A stretch of DNA of 62,178 nucleotides from an uncultured Desulfobacterales bacterium (GCA_964435695.1 CAYTAQ010000003.1:1-62178); one strand, 5' to 3'. Counted from the stretch's first letter, positions 1 through 8,223 are shown. Numbers and translations: made by a program. The notes: generated by a model from the sequence alone, not told the origin.

Positions 1-2
1 AG

Positions 3-107
3 GGTGAAAAGACCATCCGGCACGATTGGATAATCTTTGACTCCGTTGATGAGGCAATGGAATTTTTCAATGATAGTTGCGGAGAGTTCGTGGGATGTTA
101 TGCTTGA
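3..107 (+). CDS. C-terminal end of a hypothetical protein entering from the left edge
   Basis: Frame 3 open from position 3 (GEKTIRHDWIIFDSVDEAMEFFNDSCGEFVGCYA*); no family recognised. Confidence 0.3.
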   Translation, partial: GEKTIRHDWIIFDSVDEAMEFFNDSCGEFVGCYA

Positions 108-204
108 ACAATATGGGGGTAATGATATGTTTGGAAAACTGGAAATCAGGATAGCTGCCGTTAGACTTATCTGAGGTCTGCAGTTATGAAATGGAGTGGA
201 AAGA

Positions 205-250
205 GACTGAAAATCCCCGTGTCGGCAGTTCGATTCTGTCACTCGGCACC
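205..250 (+). mobile_element. tRNA-Phe(GAA) 3' fragment, probable att site of an integrative element
   Basis: GACTGAAAATCCCCGTGTCGGCAGTTCGATTCTGTCACTCGGCACC gives anticodon loop CTGAAAA, variable loop, T arm GGCAG-TTCGATT-CTGTC and acceptor 3' strand; upstream sequence has no D arm and AGAGA does not pair fully with TCCCC. Confidence 0.8.
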
Positions 251-259
251 TATAAAATC

Positions 260-295
260 AAGGGTTTAGCCACATCGGTTAAGCCCTTTATTTTT
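260..295 (+). terminator. Intrinsic terminator after the tRNA fragment
   Basis: AAGGGTTTAGC-cacatcg-GTTAAGCCCTT, 11-bp stem with 2 G-U pairs, followed by TATTTTT. Confidence 0.65.
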
Positions 296-309
296 GCCTA
301 TCTGGAAAA

Positions 310-353
310 TACCCCTCATATACCCCTCATTTGAAAGGACAATAAGGGACAAT
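310..353 (+). repeat. Two tandem direct-repeat pairs, candidate integrase arm-type sites
   Basis: TACCCCTCAT at 310 and 321; GGACAAT at 337 and 347; 10-11 bp periods, 60-100 bp from the tRNA fragment. Confidence 0.55.
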
Positions 354-376
354 CTTTGCAAGCGGATTCAAAGCTA

Positions 377-919
377 TTATAAAAATAATCGCATAAGAGA
401 CCTGGCTGGATAAGGCCCTCTTGGGTTTATAAGCCCGATAGTTTTTTTGTGTTGTCTTTTAATAATTTTTAAAGATTCCTCTAAGTCGCTATCATTGGAG
501 ACCACAACGGCGCAATCAAAGACATTTAACCATGAATCATTCAAGAGGTGTACCGCAAGATTTACATCGGACCCCTTTTCTTCGGTTTTAATTATTGGAA
601 CAAAAAATCGCCTATCTTTAAAATTGGGATTATAGCTTGCCAATGGAGCGATGACGTCATGCGTGCTGAAATGGCCCAAGTGAATTTCTATTTCCGGGAT
701 GTACGCCTTGAGAGCATTTAAATATGTTTTCTGCCTGAGAGGCTGGCCGGGATCAATTCTACCGGTTACGTGGGCTGAAAAATATTTTATTGAAATGATT
801 TGATGTTTTGGATCAAGTAGTTTCTGAAACAATGACTTGAAATCAAGCCATTTATAAGGGGTGCCTTTTATCGCGCCATAATAAAAATTAAAGCCATCGA
901 CGTAAATATAGGTTCGCAT
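377..919 (-). CDS. NYN domain (LabA/DUF88, PIN-fold) ribonuclease, possibly C-terminally shortened
   Basis: IYVDGFNFYY, EEKGSDVNLAVHLLND and VVSNDSDL acidic motifs of NYN proteins. Confidence 0.88.
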   Translation of the reverse strand: MRTYIYVDGFNFYYGAIKGTPYKWLDFKSLFQKLLDPKHQIISIKYFSAHVTGRIDPGQPLRQKTYLNALKAYIPEIEIHLGHFSTHDVIAPLASYNPNFKDRRFFVPIIKTEEKGSDVNLAVHLLNDSWLNVFDCAVVVSNDSDLEESLKIIKRQHKKTIGLINPRGPYPARSLMRLFL

Positions 920-1008
920 TTAGGCCACCCCAAAAAAAGCAGGGGCCTCAAGGTTGCCCAAGAGGCCCCGCGCCCTGAGACGAAGCTGCAGGGGTTGTTT
1001 ATCGTGGC
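920..1008 (-). ncRNA. Structured leader RNA or attenuator upstream of the NYN gene
   Basis: Minus strand: CCCTG/CAGGG hairpin (973-993), GGGGCCTC/GAGGCCCC hairpin with inner GG-GCAA-CC (942-969), then U7 (932-938) ending 12 nt before the ATG. Confidence 0.6.
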
Positions 1009-1012
1009 TAAT

Positions 1013-1041
1013 ATGGTAGGACTTATTGCCCAACATGTCAA
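1013..1041 (-). promoter_or_regulatory. Sigma70 promoter of the NYN leader
   Basis: TTGACA (1041-1036), 17 nt, TACCAT (1018-1013); CAACATGT repeated at 1031 and 1052 around the -35. Confidence 0.7.
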
Positions 1042-1385
1042 GCAAAAACCGCAACATGTTAAACATATCGATATATATTGATATATTGCAAAAACTTTAA
1101 TTACTCGAAATGCGCGCCGGGTTCGGAACGGTTTTTTTTATCCTCAATCAGGATCCCTTCCCGATCTTCGAAGCGCCTCCCTGATATCGCTATCATCTGA
1201 CACGGCCGAAATTATGCGATCTTTCTCGGGCTCCAAAGATATAGAATGTTCAACCGTTAATCGATCGAAAAGTTTATAGTAGGCCCACATGAGATCATAC
1301 CTTGGATGTGAAGGAAGGTATTTTTTAACATAGTTGATTGTGGTTTATTTCCCGTTGAAGGTCAATTGATAGACAATCGTATCTA

Positions 1386-1571
1386 TTAAGAGCCCTCTGG
1401 ATATTTATAAACGTTTAAACCAATAACGGCATCAGTCCCCTCGATCTTCTGGTTGCCCTTTGTACTGGCGATAGTTATTGTTTTCCCGGATTTCGAGAGC
1501 CCGCTTTCTAATGATAAATCAACTTCGATAATCAGTTTGTTGTCTTTAACTTCCCATTTCACATTCTCCAT
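1386..1571 (-). CDS. Small conserved hypothetical protein (61 aa)
   Basis: SD GGAGGAATC-ATG; SKSGKTITIAST-GN...IGLNVY pattern recalled from a widespread uncharacterised small-protein family. Confidence 0.75.
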   Translation of the reverse strand: MENVKWEVKDNKLIIEVDLSLESGLSKSGKTITIASTKGNQKIEGTDAVIGLNVYKYPEGS

Positions 1572-1780
1572 GATTCCTCCTATAATTCATATTTGATTCG
1601 TATCAACTTCGCTTCCACAATAAATCTTTTAATACCATTAATGGGTTAAAATGCAATGCACATGGTCATCGAAAAGTGCCCATTTGCTTGATCGAGCTGT
1701 AATGTCTTTTTTTCAAATGTATTCTCGGGGCCACAATTCCTCCGTGAGGCGGGACGAGTAGCATATATTGATAAAATTAC

Positions 1781-1905
1781 TTGACAATATACGATATATA
1801 GTATAACTATATATCTGAGGGTTTACTCTTTTCTTTTCGCCCTCCAAACCTCCTTTCTCGTATTTTGTGGCCTCGGGACTGGCACCACCGGGGCCACAAA
1901 AGTTA
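1781..1905 (+). ncRNA. Candidate small RNA
   Basis: TTGACA at 1781 and TATAAC at 1802 (15-nt spacer); GAGGG/CCCTC hairpin; CCTCCTTTCTC anti-SD-like tract; 14-bp hairpin TTTTGTGGCCTCGG/CCGGGGCCACAAAA. Confidence 0.35.
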
Positions 1906-2343
1906 TAACCACGGCTTTTCATCATAGAATCTCAGCAAAAAAACTATTCTCGTTCTTAACCAACAGTGTTAGGCCACCAGTACATCAGCCAGGTCATTGT
2001 TTCCTCACGGTAGATGATCGACGATTCATGGAAATCATATTTTGTGGGGTTTCAAGACGTAAACTATGAAGGCAAAAAGTACAACATATTGATTTTTTTA
2101 TCCCGCGGTCCAACCTGGAATATTAACGGAATGGCCCTTTTACTCCGCAAAACGCTCGATAGCATTGCAACTCCCTGCTCGGTACGTTCATTTACTCTAT
2201 TCCCTTATCATTATTTATTCCTTCTCACGACAACATCAACGAGACCATCGACCGGTTTTTTTAGCTGAAACGGCATGCCTTGGGTGTATTGATCGAGCGA
2301 ACGTTTCAGGTCTGACTGCACCATCCACCGCAACTCTTAGGTG

Positions 2344-3273
2344 TCAAAAAATGTCCGTATCTGTTTCCCGGAACAGATATCCTTTCCCATCCTCAATAAA
2401 AATAATTTCTGTTACCCCATTTTTTTGTGAATAGAAAATGATTGTGCTGAAGCCGGTGGCATTGGCACTGCTCGTCGGCACACGATTTTTCAGGCGCAAT
2501 GTTTTCACGGATGCATAGTTTCCCTCTGCAAGGTCAGCAGCACTGATGGCTTTCTCCTCTTTCATTATGCTGACCAGCACTTCATCTGCGGAGGACAGGT
2601 CTTCGATACGCATCGAACCTGTTTTTATTGAAATCCTGTTCGATCCGGATTGCACCACGACAATGTCGCTTCTGTTTAGTATCTGTTCAATCTTGTTTTT
2701 AACAGATGAAAGATCGGCCACAGCACCTGATTTAACGGCACGTGAAAATCTTTTCTGTGCTTCTTGATTGTATTTTTCACATGCCCTGCAATTGTTCAGA
2801 TAGTGATAATAGCCGACAGCATCATGGCGTTTCAACGCCCTGCCCCATTCGAGATATTCAATCCTCTCCAAACAATCGGGCAAATAGCCACTTTTGGGAT
2901 ACGTTATCATGTAATGGTCGTAGGCTTCGACAGAGTCGATCTCTTTTACTTTTAAATATTCATCTCTATAAATCATTTGAATATGCTGGACCGCATAACT
3001 TTTAAACAGATCGCTTTTGGATGAAAGCATAAAGCTTTCATAGGCATCCACAGAATTGACCGCTTGGGCTTTTTCAAAATTAAGCGCCTCAATTCTGGTT
3101 TGAGCCAGCTTGGCATATTCGCCCGATGGGTATTTGCTGAGAAATTCTTGATAAGCTGAAATTGTGTTGATTTTCCGAACATCCGCATATTGCGATTTGG
3201 CTGTTGCGCATGCAAACAATAAAACCGCAACGAACAATAGAATAACAGTTGACGCAATTTTCTTCGTTTTCAT
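2344..3273 (-). CDS. Lipoprotein with four ~37-aa helical repeats
   Basis: Signal peptide ending LLFAC; repeats of type N(T/S)xxAYxxFLxxYPxGxYxxxAxxRIE. Confidence 0.8.
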   Translation of the reverse strand: MKTKKIASTVILLFVAVLLFACATAKSQYADVRKINTISAYQEFLSKYPSGEYAKLAQTRIEALNFEKAQAVNSVDAYESFMLSSKSDLFKSYAVQHIQMIYRDEYLKVKEIDSVEAYDHYMITYPKSGYLPDCLERIEYLEWGRALKRHDAVGYYHYLNNCRACEKYNQEAQKRFSRAVKSGAVADLSSVKNKIEQILNRSDIVVVQSGSNRISIKTGSMRIEDLSSADEVLVSIMKEEKAISAADLAEGNYASVKTLRLKNRVPTSSANATGFSTIIFYSQKNGVTEIIFIEDGKGYLFRETDTDIF

Positions 3274-3298
3274 GAAGTTCTCCTGTTTGTTGCTTTAG

Positions 3299-3316
3299 GG
3301 AGACGGCACGTCTCCG
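3299..3316. repeat. REP-like palindrome, copy 1
   Basis: GGAGACG-GCA-CGTCTCC-G; identical 18-mer at 62161-62178. Confidence 0.7.
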
Positions 3317-3431
3317 TAAGTTTCAGTATTGATCCGTGCATCCTCCGATAAACTTTTCATACGGCAATAGCGCCTGTCATCTTTGTTCCGCGAGCGAATC
3401 CGACAACTACCCTAAGGGAATGTGCAGGGAT

Positions 3432-3668
3432 TTATAGTTTCCGCAATGGTTTGAAAAGATATTCCAATCCATTTATTTTAATTTCATAAACCATGCGCAG
3501 CATATCGCCCAATTCTCCGGTCGGAAACCCTTTCCGGGCAAACCAGGCCACATAAGGTTCGGGAAGATCGATCAAACGCCGCTCCTTGTATTTGCCAAAC
3601 GGCATCCGCATCCGGGCCAGTTTAAGCAGGATTGCCGCATCCGGCGTGCATTTATTTTCTTCCTTCAT
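3432..3668 (-). CDS. DUF3820 family protein
   Basis: MPFGKYK-RRLIDLPEPYVAWF-RKGFP-GELG motif. Confidence 0.85.
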   Translation of the reverse strand: MKEENKCTPDAAILLKLARMRMPFGKYKERRLIDLPEPYVAWFARKGFPTGELGDMLRMVYEIKINGLEYLFKPLRKL

Positions 3669-3705
3669 TTAGACTTCCCGGAAATCTAAGGGAAAATACA
3701 TCATT

Positions 3706-4020
3706 TTAGGGCGATCCTGACATGAGAATGGCTTCGAAGCTTAGCTTTGAAAAATCATATTTTTCAAAATTGCCTTCAATGATTTCACAGTCTGCATATT
3801 TTCTTGCCAGAGCCGCAAGACCTTCAGAGCGTTCGAATCCCACGACCCTGAAGCCCCGTTCCTTGAGCCAGCAAAGATCCCGACCACTGCCGCATCCCAC
3901 ATCGAGTATCCCTGCCCCGGGTTTCAAATATCTGATAAGCGGTTCCAGGAACGATGCAGGGTCGATATGAAATGTCTTTTCATGATATGCGTTGTAATGT
4001 CTTTGATAAAAATTCTGCAT
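3706..4020 (-). pseudogene. Truncated class I SAM-dependent methyltransferase
   Basis: Motif I ILDVGCGSGRD present; stop at aa 104 just after strand 4 (AILMSGSP*), about half the usual length. Confidence 0.65.
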
Positions 4021-4138
4021 CTATGATTTGTGCTTATTTGATTTTGTGATATCGCGACATATCCTTTTGGAGCTCTGGAGGTAAAAGAACGGTATTTATT
4101 TTCAAAAACATTAATGAATGAAGAATAAGTGAAGTTGT

Positions 4139-4513
4139 TCAGGATTCTTCGAGCCATTGGCAGGCTTCGTCTGTGCTGCGGAATACCATGATGGAGTAAG
4201 ACGCTTCGTGAAACCTGCTTTGTATTTCAAAAATCCTCAATAACCCGAAAAAAATATCTTTCTGAGCCACAAAAGCTGTCTTGCCTGGTGCCATTTTCCC
4301 TTCAAACAACAGCCTGAAATTGGAAATTGCTTCCACTTCTTCTGAAGTAAGCTGTACATCTGTTGTGTCGAGAAAATCCCATAGCACATGCTTTGTAGGG
4401 TCGCCATCATAAAAAGTCTTGACCACGGGCAATACCTTATCAAAGCTGAGTACGCCGGTGACCTTAAAAACAGTTAAATCTTTGGCTTTGTCTACGTAGG
4501 CTGTAATTGACAT
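4139..4513 (-). CDS. STAS/SEC14 (SpoIIAA)-like hypothetical protein
   Basis: 124 aa with VLWDF, KTAFVA, FGLLRIFE and VFRS-DEA-QWL pattern. Confidence 0.65.
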   Translation of the reverse strand: MSITAYVDKAKDLTVFKVTGVLSFDKVLPVVKTFYDGDPTKHVLWDFLDTTDVQLTSEEVEAISNFRLLFEGKMAPGKTAFVAQKDIFFGLLRIFEIQSRFHEASYSIMVFRSTDEACQWLEES

Positions 4514-4580
4514 TTAATAATTCGGTATCAGATCAAGGTTAGTTTCAGCGAGCTATCAGAAATATACTGTATCGTGGGGG

Positions 4581-4841
4581 TTAGGTCAAGAAATTGTGTG
4601 AATACGCTTCAAGTTTTTCCATAATCGGCAAATAAACGTTAAAAATGGTTCCATCACCCACCTTGCTTTCGACTGCAATTTCTCCGCCACAGCCTTTTAC
4701 GATACCGTGAATCATGGCAAGTCCCATGCCGGTATTCAAAGAAAGAGAAGTTTTTCCGATAACGTCTTCACGGGTGTATTCCGTGAGACTGGTGAATCCT
4801 TCGTTGATATCAATAAACATCCCGTCGGAAAGGCCTAACAA
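4581..4841 (-). pseudogene. Internally deleted PAS histidine kinase remnant
   Basis: PAS N-half (SDGMFIDINEGFTSLTEYTREDVIGKTSL) fused in frame to the HATPase G2/G3 end (TGMGLAMIHGIVKGCGGEIAVESKVGDGTIFNVYLP). Confidence 0.75.
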
Positions 4842-4882
4842 TTTATTTCATACATGCATCCCAAAAGATAACTACTTCACTT

Positions 4883-5980
4883 CTAAACCGCTTTCATCGC
4901 GGTCCTGCTGTTTTCATGCTGAATCTGCTGCACCTTGTCAATATTGTTGACAAATGCATCAATGATTTCGGGATCAAAATGCCTGCCGCTGTCCGCTATC
5001 ATGATTTGCAGCGCCTTTTTGTTTGAAAAAGCGCTTTTGTAGGGGCGATTGCTTATAAGTGCATCATAAACGTCCGCTACACAGCAGATCCTGCCCCACA
5101 ACGGGATCTTTTCCCCTTTCAAGCCATTGGGATACCCACTGCCATCCCATTTTTCATGGTGAGACATAGCAATGATTTTTCCGGCCTGCATCACTTTTGA
5201 TGTTGAGCCATCCAGAATGCGCTCCCCGATGGTGGTGTGCCCCCTCATCACCTCCCACTCGGAGTCATTCAATGCATCGGGTTTAAACAGAATGTTGTCC
5301 GGAATGCCGATTTTGCCCACATCATGCATCAGGCTGGCATGCGATATGATTTCAACTTCGCTCTGGGGCAGATTTAAACCCCGGGCGATGAGTGCCGCAT
5401 AACGACTCATGCGATGAATGTGCGCTGCCGTTTCATCATCCTTGTATTCGGCGGCAATGGACAGGCGGCGGATGGTCTCAATATGCGCTTCCTGTGTGCT
5501 TCGCCGGGCGGCCGACATGTCTTCCAGGGCTTTGATTAAGTCAGCTGTTCGTTTACCAACGATTTCTTCCATCTTTGCCTTGTGTTCTTTGAAGGTATCC
5601 TGAATCTGTTTCATCCGCAAGAGCGATGCCGAACGCACCTGCAGCGCCATTTCATCAACCGGCTTGGTGATAAAATCCGTGGCCCCCGCTTTGATCGCAC
5701 GCAAACAATTCTGCCTGTCCGTCGCATCGCACACGACAAGGATGGGAACATCTTTGTACACAACATCGTTTCGAATATGTTGGACCAGTTCTAAACCATC
5801 CATACCGGGCAATTTTATATCAAGCAGGACAAGATCAACATCCAGTTTTATTTTCGCCAATGCTTCGATGCCGTCCCTTGCTTTTTCACAACTGTACCCG
5901 AATGATCTCAGTAAAACGGCCATTGATTCAAGATGCTTTTCTTTATCGTCCACCATTAAAATCCGTCTTGACAACTCCAT
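4883..5980 (-). CDS. RpfG-like response regulator, REC + HD-GYP c-di-GMP phosphodiesterase
   Basis: REC (ILMVDD, LLDIKLP, FITKP), HDVGKIG, HHEKWDGSGYP; start moved to ATG 5980 after SD GGAGGAG. Confidence 0.92.
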   Translation of the reverse strand: MELSRRILMVDDKEKHLESMAVLLRSFGYSCEKARDGIEALAKIKLDVDLVLLDIKLPGMDGLELVQHIRNDVVYKDVPILVVCDATDRQNCLRAIKAGATDFITKPVDEMALQVRSASLLRMKQIQDTFKEHKAKMEEIVGKRTADLIKALEDMSAARRSTQEAHIETIRRLSIAAEYKDDETAAHIHRMSRYAALIARGLNLPQSEVEIISHASLMHDVGKIGIPDNILFKPDALNDSEWEVMRGHTTIGERILDGSTSKVMQAGKIIAMSHHEKWDGSGYPNGLKGEKIPLWGRICCVADVYDALISNRPYKSAFSNKKALQIMIADSGRHFDPEIIDAFVNNIDKVQQIQHENSRTAMKAV

Positions 5981-6031
5981 TGAATATGCTCCTCCAGAAT
6001 GTTTGCCTTCGAATCTGTAAATCTTCATCCG

Positions 6032-6232
6032 CTACCCGGAAATATGAGATCCGTGTTGCACGCCCTTTTCAATTAATAGTCTGTAAATGCTGCACTCATA
6101 GAAACTGCCCCGGCAGTAAAAAAGCGCGTTGATAATGCTGCTGCTGTTCCAATTCGCACAAAAACAGTCTTCACAAGGCTCTGCCACAAAAGGGCAGATC
6201 TCCGTGGTCTTTTCATGCTCTCTTCTTTTCAT
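6032..6232 (-). CDS. Small cysteine-rich protein (six Cys)
   Basis: CPF-x4-CEDCFC...YC-x5-EC; start taken at ATG 6232; lies between a sigma54 promoter and the HD-GYP gene. Confidence 0.65.
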   Translation of the reverse strand: MKRREHEKTTEICPFVAEPCEDCFCANWNSSSIINALFYCRGSFYECSIYRLLIEKGVQHGSHISG

Positions 6233-6380
6233 GGTATTTTTATCTCCCGGGTTATTGAAGATTTCCCGCAGCAAGACTTCGGCGAGCTCATTCGAGCCGC
6301 CGCGGGAATGCGCTCGCTGTTGCGGTTCATAAAATATCGGGGTTACAATGGTTAAACCATTGTCGAACTACTTATGTATA

Positions 6381-6395
6381 ACAAAAATTATGCCA
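6381..6395 (-). promoter_or_regulatory. Sigma54 -24/-12 promoter
   Basis: TGGCAT-AATTT-TTGT (GT variant at -12). Confidence 0.6.
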
Positions 6396-6484
6396 ATCGA
6401 AAAATAAAATAGGTATATTTAAGCTTTTCGGTAGGTTAAAAATATTTTATGGGGGACAATGATCGTCGTGAGGACAAACACGGC

Positions 6485-6521
6485 TGTAACATGTTACGTA
6501 TTTTTCCTGTAATATGTTACA
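6485..6521. promoter_or_regulatory. Paired enhancer sites for a sigma54 activator
   Basis: TGTAACATGTTACG (6485) and TGTAATATGTTACA (6508), 23 bp apart, 90-125 bp upstream of the -24. Confidence 0.6.
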
Positions 6522-8223
6522 GCTTTTTAATCTTTCGATAGATCGTCTGCCTGCTGATTCCTAAACGACGGGCGGCTTCGGATTTATTGCCCTGGGATTC
6601 CTCAAGCGCTTTCGAGATGTGTTGAGGATCGATCAGCGGCTCTGTAACTGCGGATTGAAAAAGCTTTTTTGCATCATCCACGATTTCCAAAGGCAGATGG
6701 TCGAGGGTGATCTGCCGGTCATGACAGACGATGAATGCATGCTCAATGGCGTGCTTCAATTCCCGAACATTACCCGGCCATGCATATGCCATCAGTTTGT
6801 GGACGGCTTTGTCGGAAATACCGTCAATCGATTTCCCAAATTGTTTTCGAAAGGTATTGCAAAAGTGCTCAATTAAAAGCGGTATATCCTGGCGTCTTTC
6901 CCGAAGCGGCGGCAGGGGTATTTCCAAAACTTTCAAACGGTAATACAGATCTTTGCGGAACTCACCTTTTTCGGTTTTTTCAGTCAAATCACTGTTGGTG
7001 GAGGCAATAATGCGGATATCCGCCTTTATGGCATTCGAATCGCCAACCGGCTCAAAAGTCTTTTCTTCAAGCACCCTTAGCAGCTTAACCTGCGTGGTTA
7101 AAGGCATTTCACCTATTTCATCTAAAAATATCGTACCCCCTTCCGCCAGCTGAAAGCGACCGGCCCGATCCTTGACAGCGCCGGTGAATGCGCCTTTCAC
7201 ATGCCCGAAAAGTTCGCTTTCCAGCAGGTTCTCGGTTAAGGCGGCACAGTTGACTTTGATAAGATGCCTTGCTGAGCGGTTGCCGCTGTAATGAATCGCT
7301 TCGGCAATGAGCTCTTTTCCGGTACCGCTTTCACCTTGGATCAACACCGTTGTCTCCACATCCGAAAGATCTTCTATCAATTGATATATTTTCTGCATCC
7401 TGCGGCTTTTGCCGATGATATTGTGGAACTTCCCACGCTCCTCCAATTCCCGTTCCAATTCCGTCAAGCGCGTTTTATCCTTCAATACAAGCACGGCACC
7501 TAAAAAATTATCATTCGAATCCCTGAGTCTTGTTCCGGTCAGTGCCACCACCTGGTTAGGGCGATGGCGATGCCCGCATAGGATGTTCGGGTCTTCAACG
7601 GCTTCCTTGGTGAGCAGAATCTGCTCAAGCGCTTTCCGGCATGCTTTTTGACAGAGGTTGAACGACGACTCGAACCTCCTGCCGACCGCCATTTCCGGAT
7701 CCAGGCCGCAAATATTTCTGGTGGATTCATTGGTACCGGTTACAATCATGTCCTTATCCACCGTAATAATGGCGTCCGTAACACTTCTGAATACCGCCTC
7801 TAAATAGCGTCTGGTGTCTTCTTGTTTGGTTTCTGCAAGTTTTCTTTGATCCAAAGCCTGTTTGTGATTGAGGGCCATTTGTGTTGCGCGAAGAATCTGC
7901 TCTTTTCTGACCGGCTTCGCCAGGTAGTCGAATGCCCCCAGACGCAACGCTTCGGATCCGGTCTCTAAATTCGGGAAACCCGTGATCATGATCACGGGAC
8001 AGGTTAAACCGCGCTCTTTTACAACTCTTAAAATGTCAACACCCGTCCGGTCGCCAAGGATGATGTCCGCAAAAATCAAATCCAACACCTCACCGGAGAT
8101 CGCCTTTAACGCTGCCGCGTGGTCGCCAACGGTTAAAACATCGTGGCCTTCTTTCAATAGAAATTGCTTAAGGGTAAAGCGGATACTCTCTTCATCGTCG
8201 ACAACGAGTATTCTTGCGCTCAT
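6517..8223 (-). CDS. Sigma54-dependent response regulator REC-PAS-AAA+-HTH
   Basis: GESGTGKE, GAFTGA, FLDEIGE, WPGNVREL, C-terminal HTH. Confidence 0.95.
   Translation of the reverse strand: MSARILVVDDEESIRFTLKQFLLKEGHDVLTVGDHAAALKAISGEVLDLIFADIILGDRTGVDILRVVKERGLTCPVIMITGFPNLETGSEALRLGAFDYLAKPVRKEQILRATQMALNHKQALDQRKLAETKQEDTRRYLEAVFRSVTDAIITVDKDMIVTGTNESTRNICGLDPEMAVGRRFESSFNLCQKACRKALEQILLTKEAVEDPNILCGHRHRPNQVVALTGTRLRDSNDNFLGAVLVLKDKTRLTELERELEERGKFHNIIGKSRRMQKIYQLIEDLSDVETTVLIQGESGTGKELIAEAIHYSGNRSARHLIKVNCAALTENLLESELFGHVKGAFTGAVKDRAGRFQLAEGGTIFLDEIGEMPLTTQVKLLRVLEEKTFEPVGDSNAIKADIRIIASTNSDLTEKTEKGEFRKDLYYRLKVLEIPLPPLRERRQDIPLLIEHFCNTFRKQFGKSIDGISDKAVHKLMAYAWPGNVRELKHAIEHAFIVCHDRQITLDHLPLEIVDDAKKLFQSAVTEPLIDPQHISKALEESQGNKSEAARRLGISRQTIYRKIKKL

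Noticed and set aside
1144-1290. 48-aa minus-strand ORF (MWAYYKLF...)
   Set aside because: No convincing SD or recognisable motif; unsupported
1713-1925. 70-aa ORF
   Set aside because: Crosses a promoter and hairpins, has no family signal, and its apparent SD is 1 nt from the nearest TTG
920-1978. TTAGGCCACC repeated at 920 and 1969
   Set aside because: A 10-mer match within 2 kb is expected by chance
2014-2434. Two overlapping plus-strand ORFs
   Set aside because: No recognisable domain; the second overlaps the lipoprotein gene; may be a decayed fragment but cannot be supported
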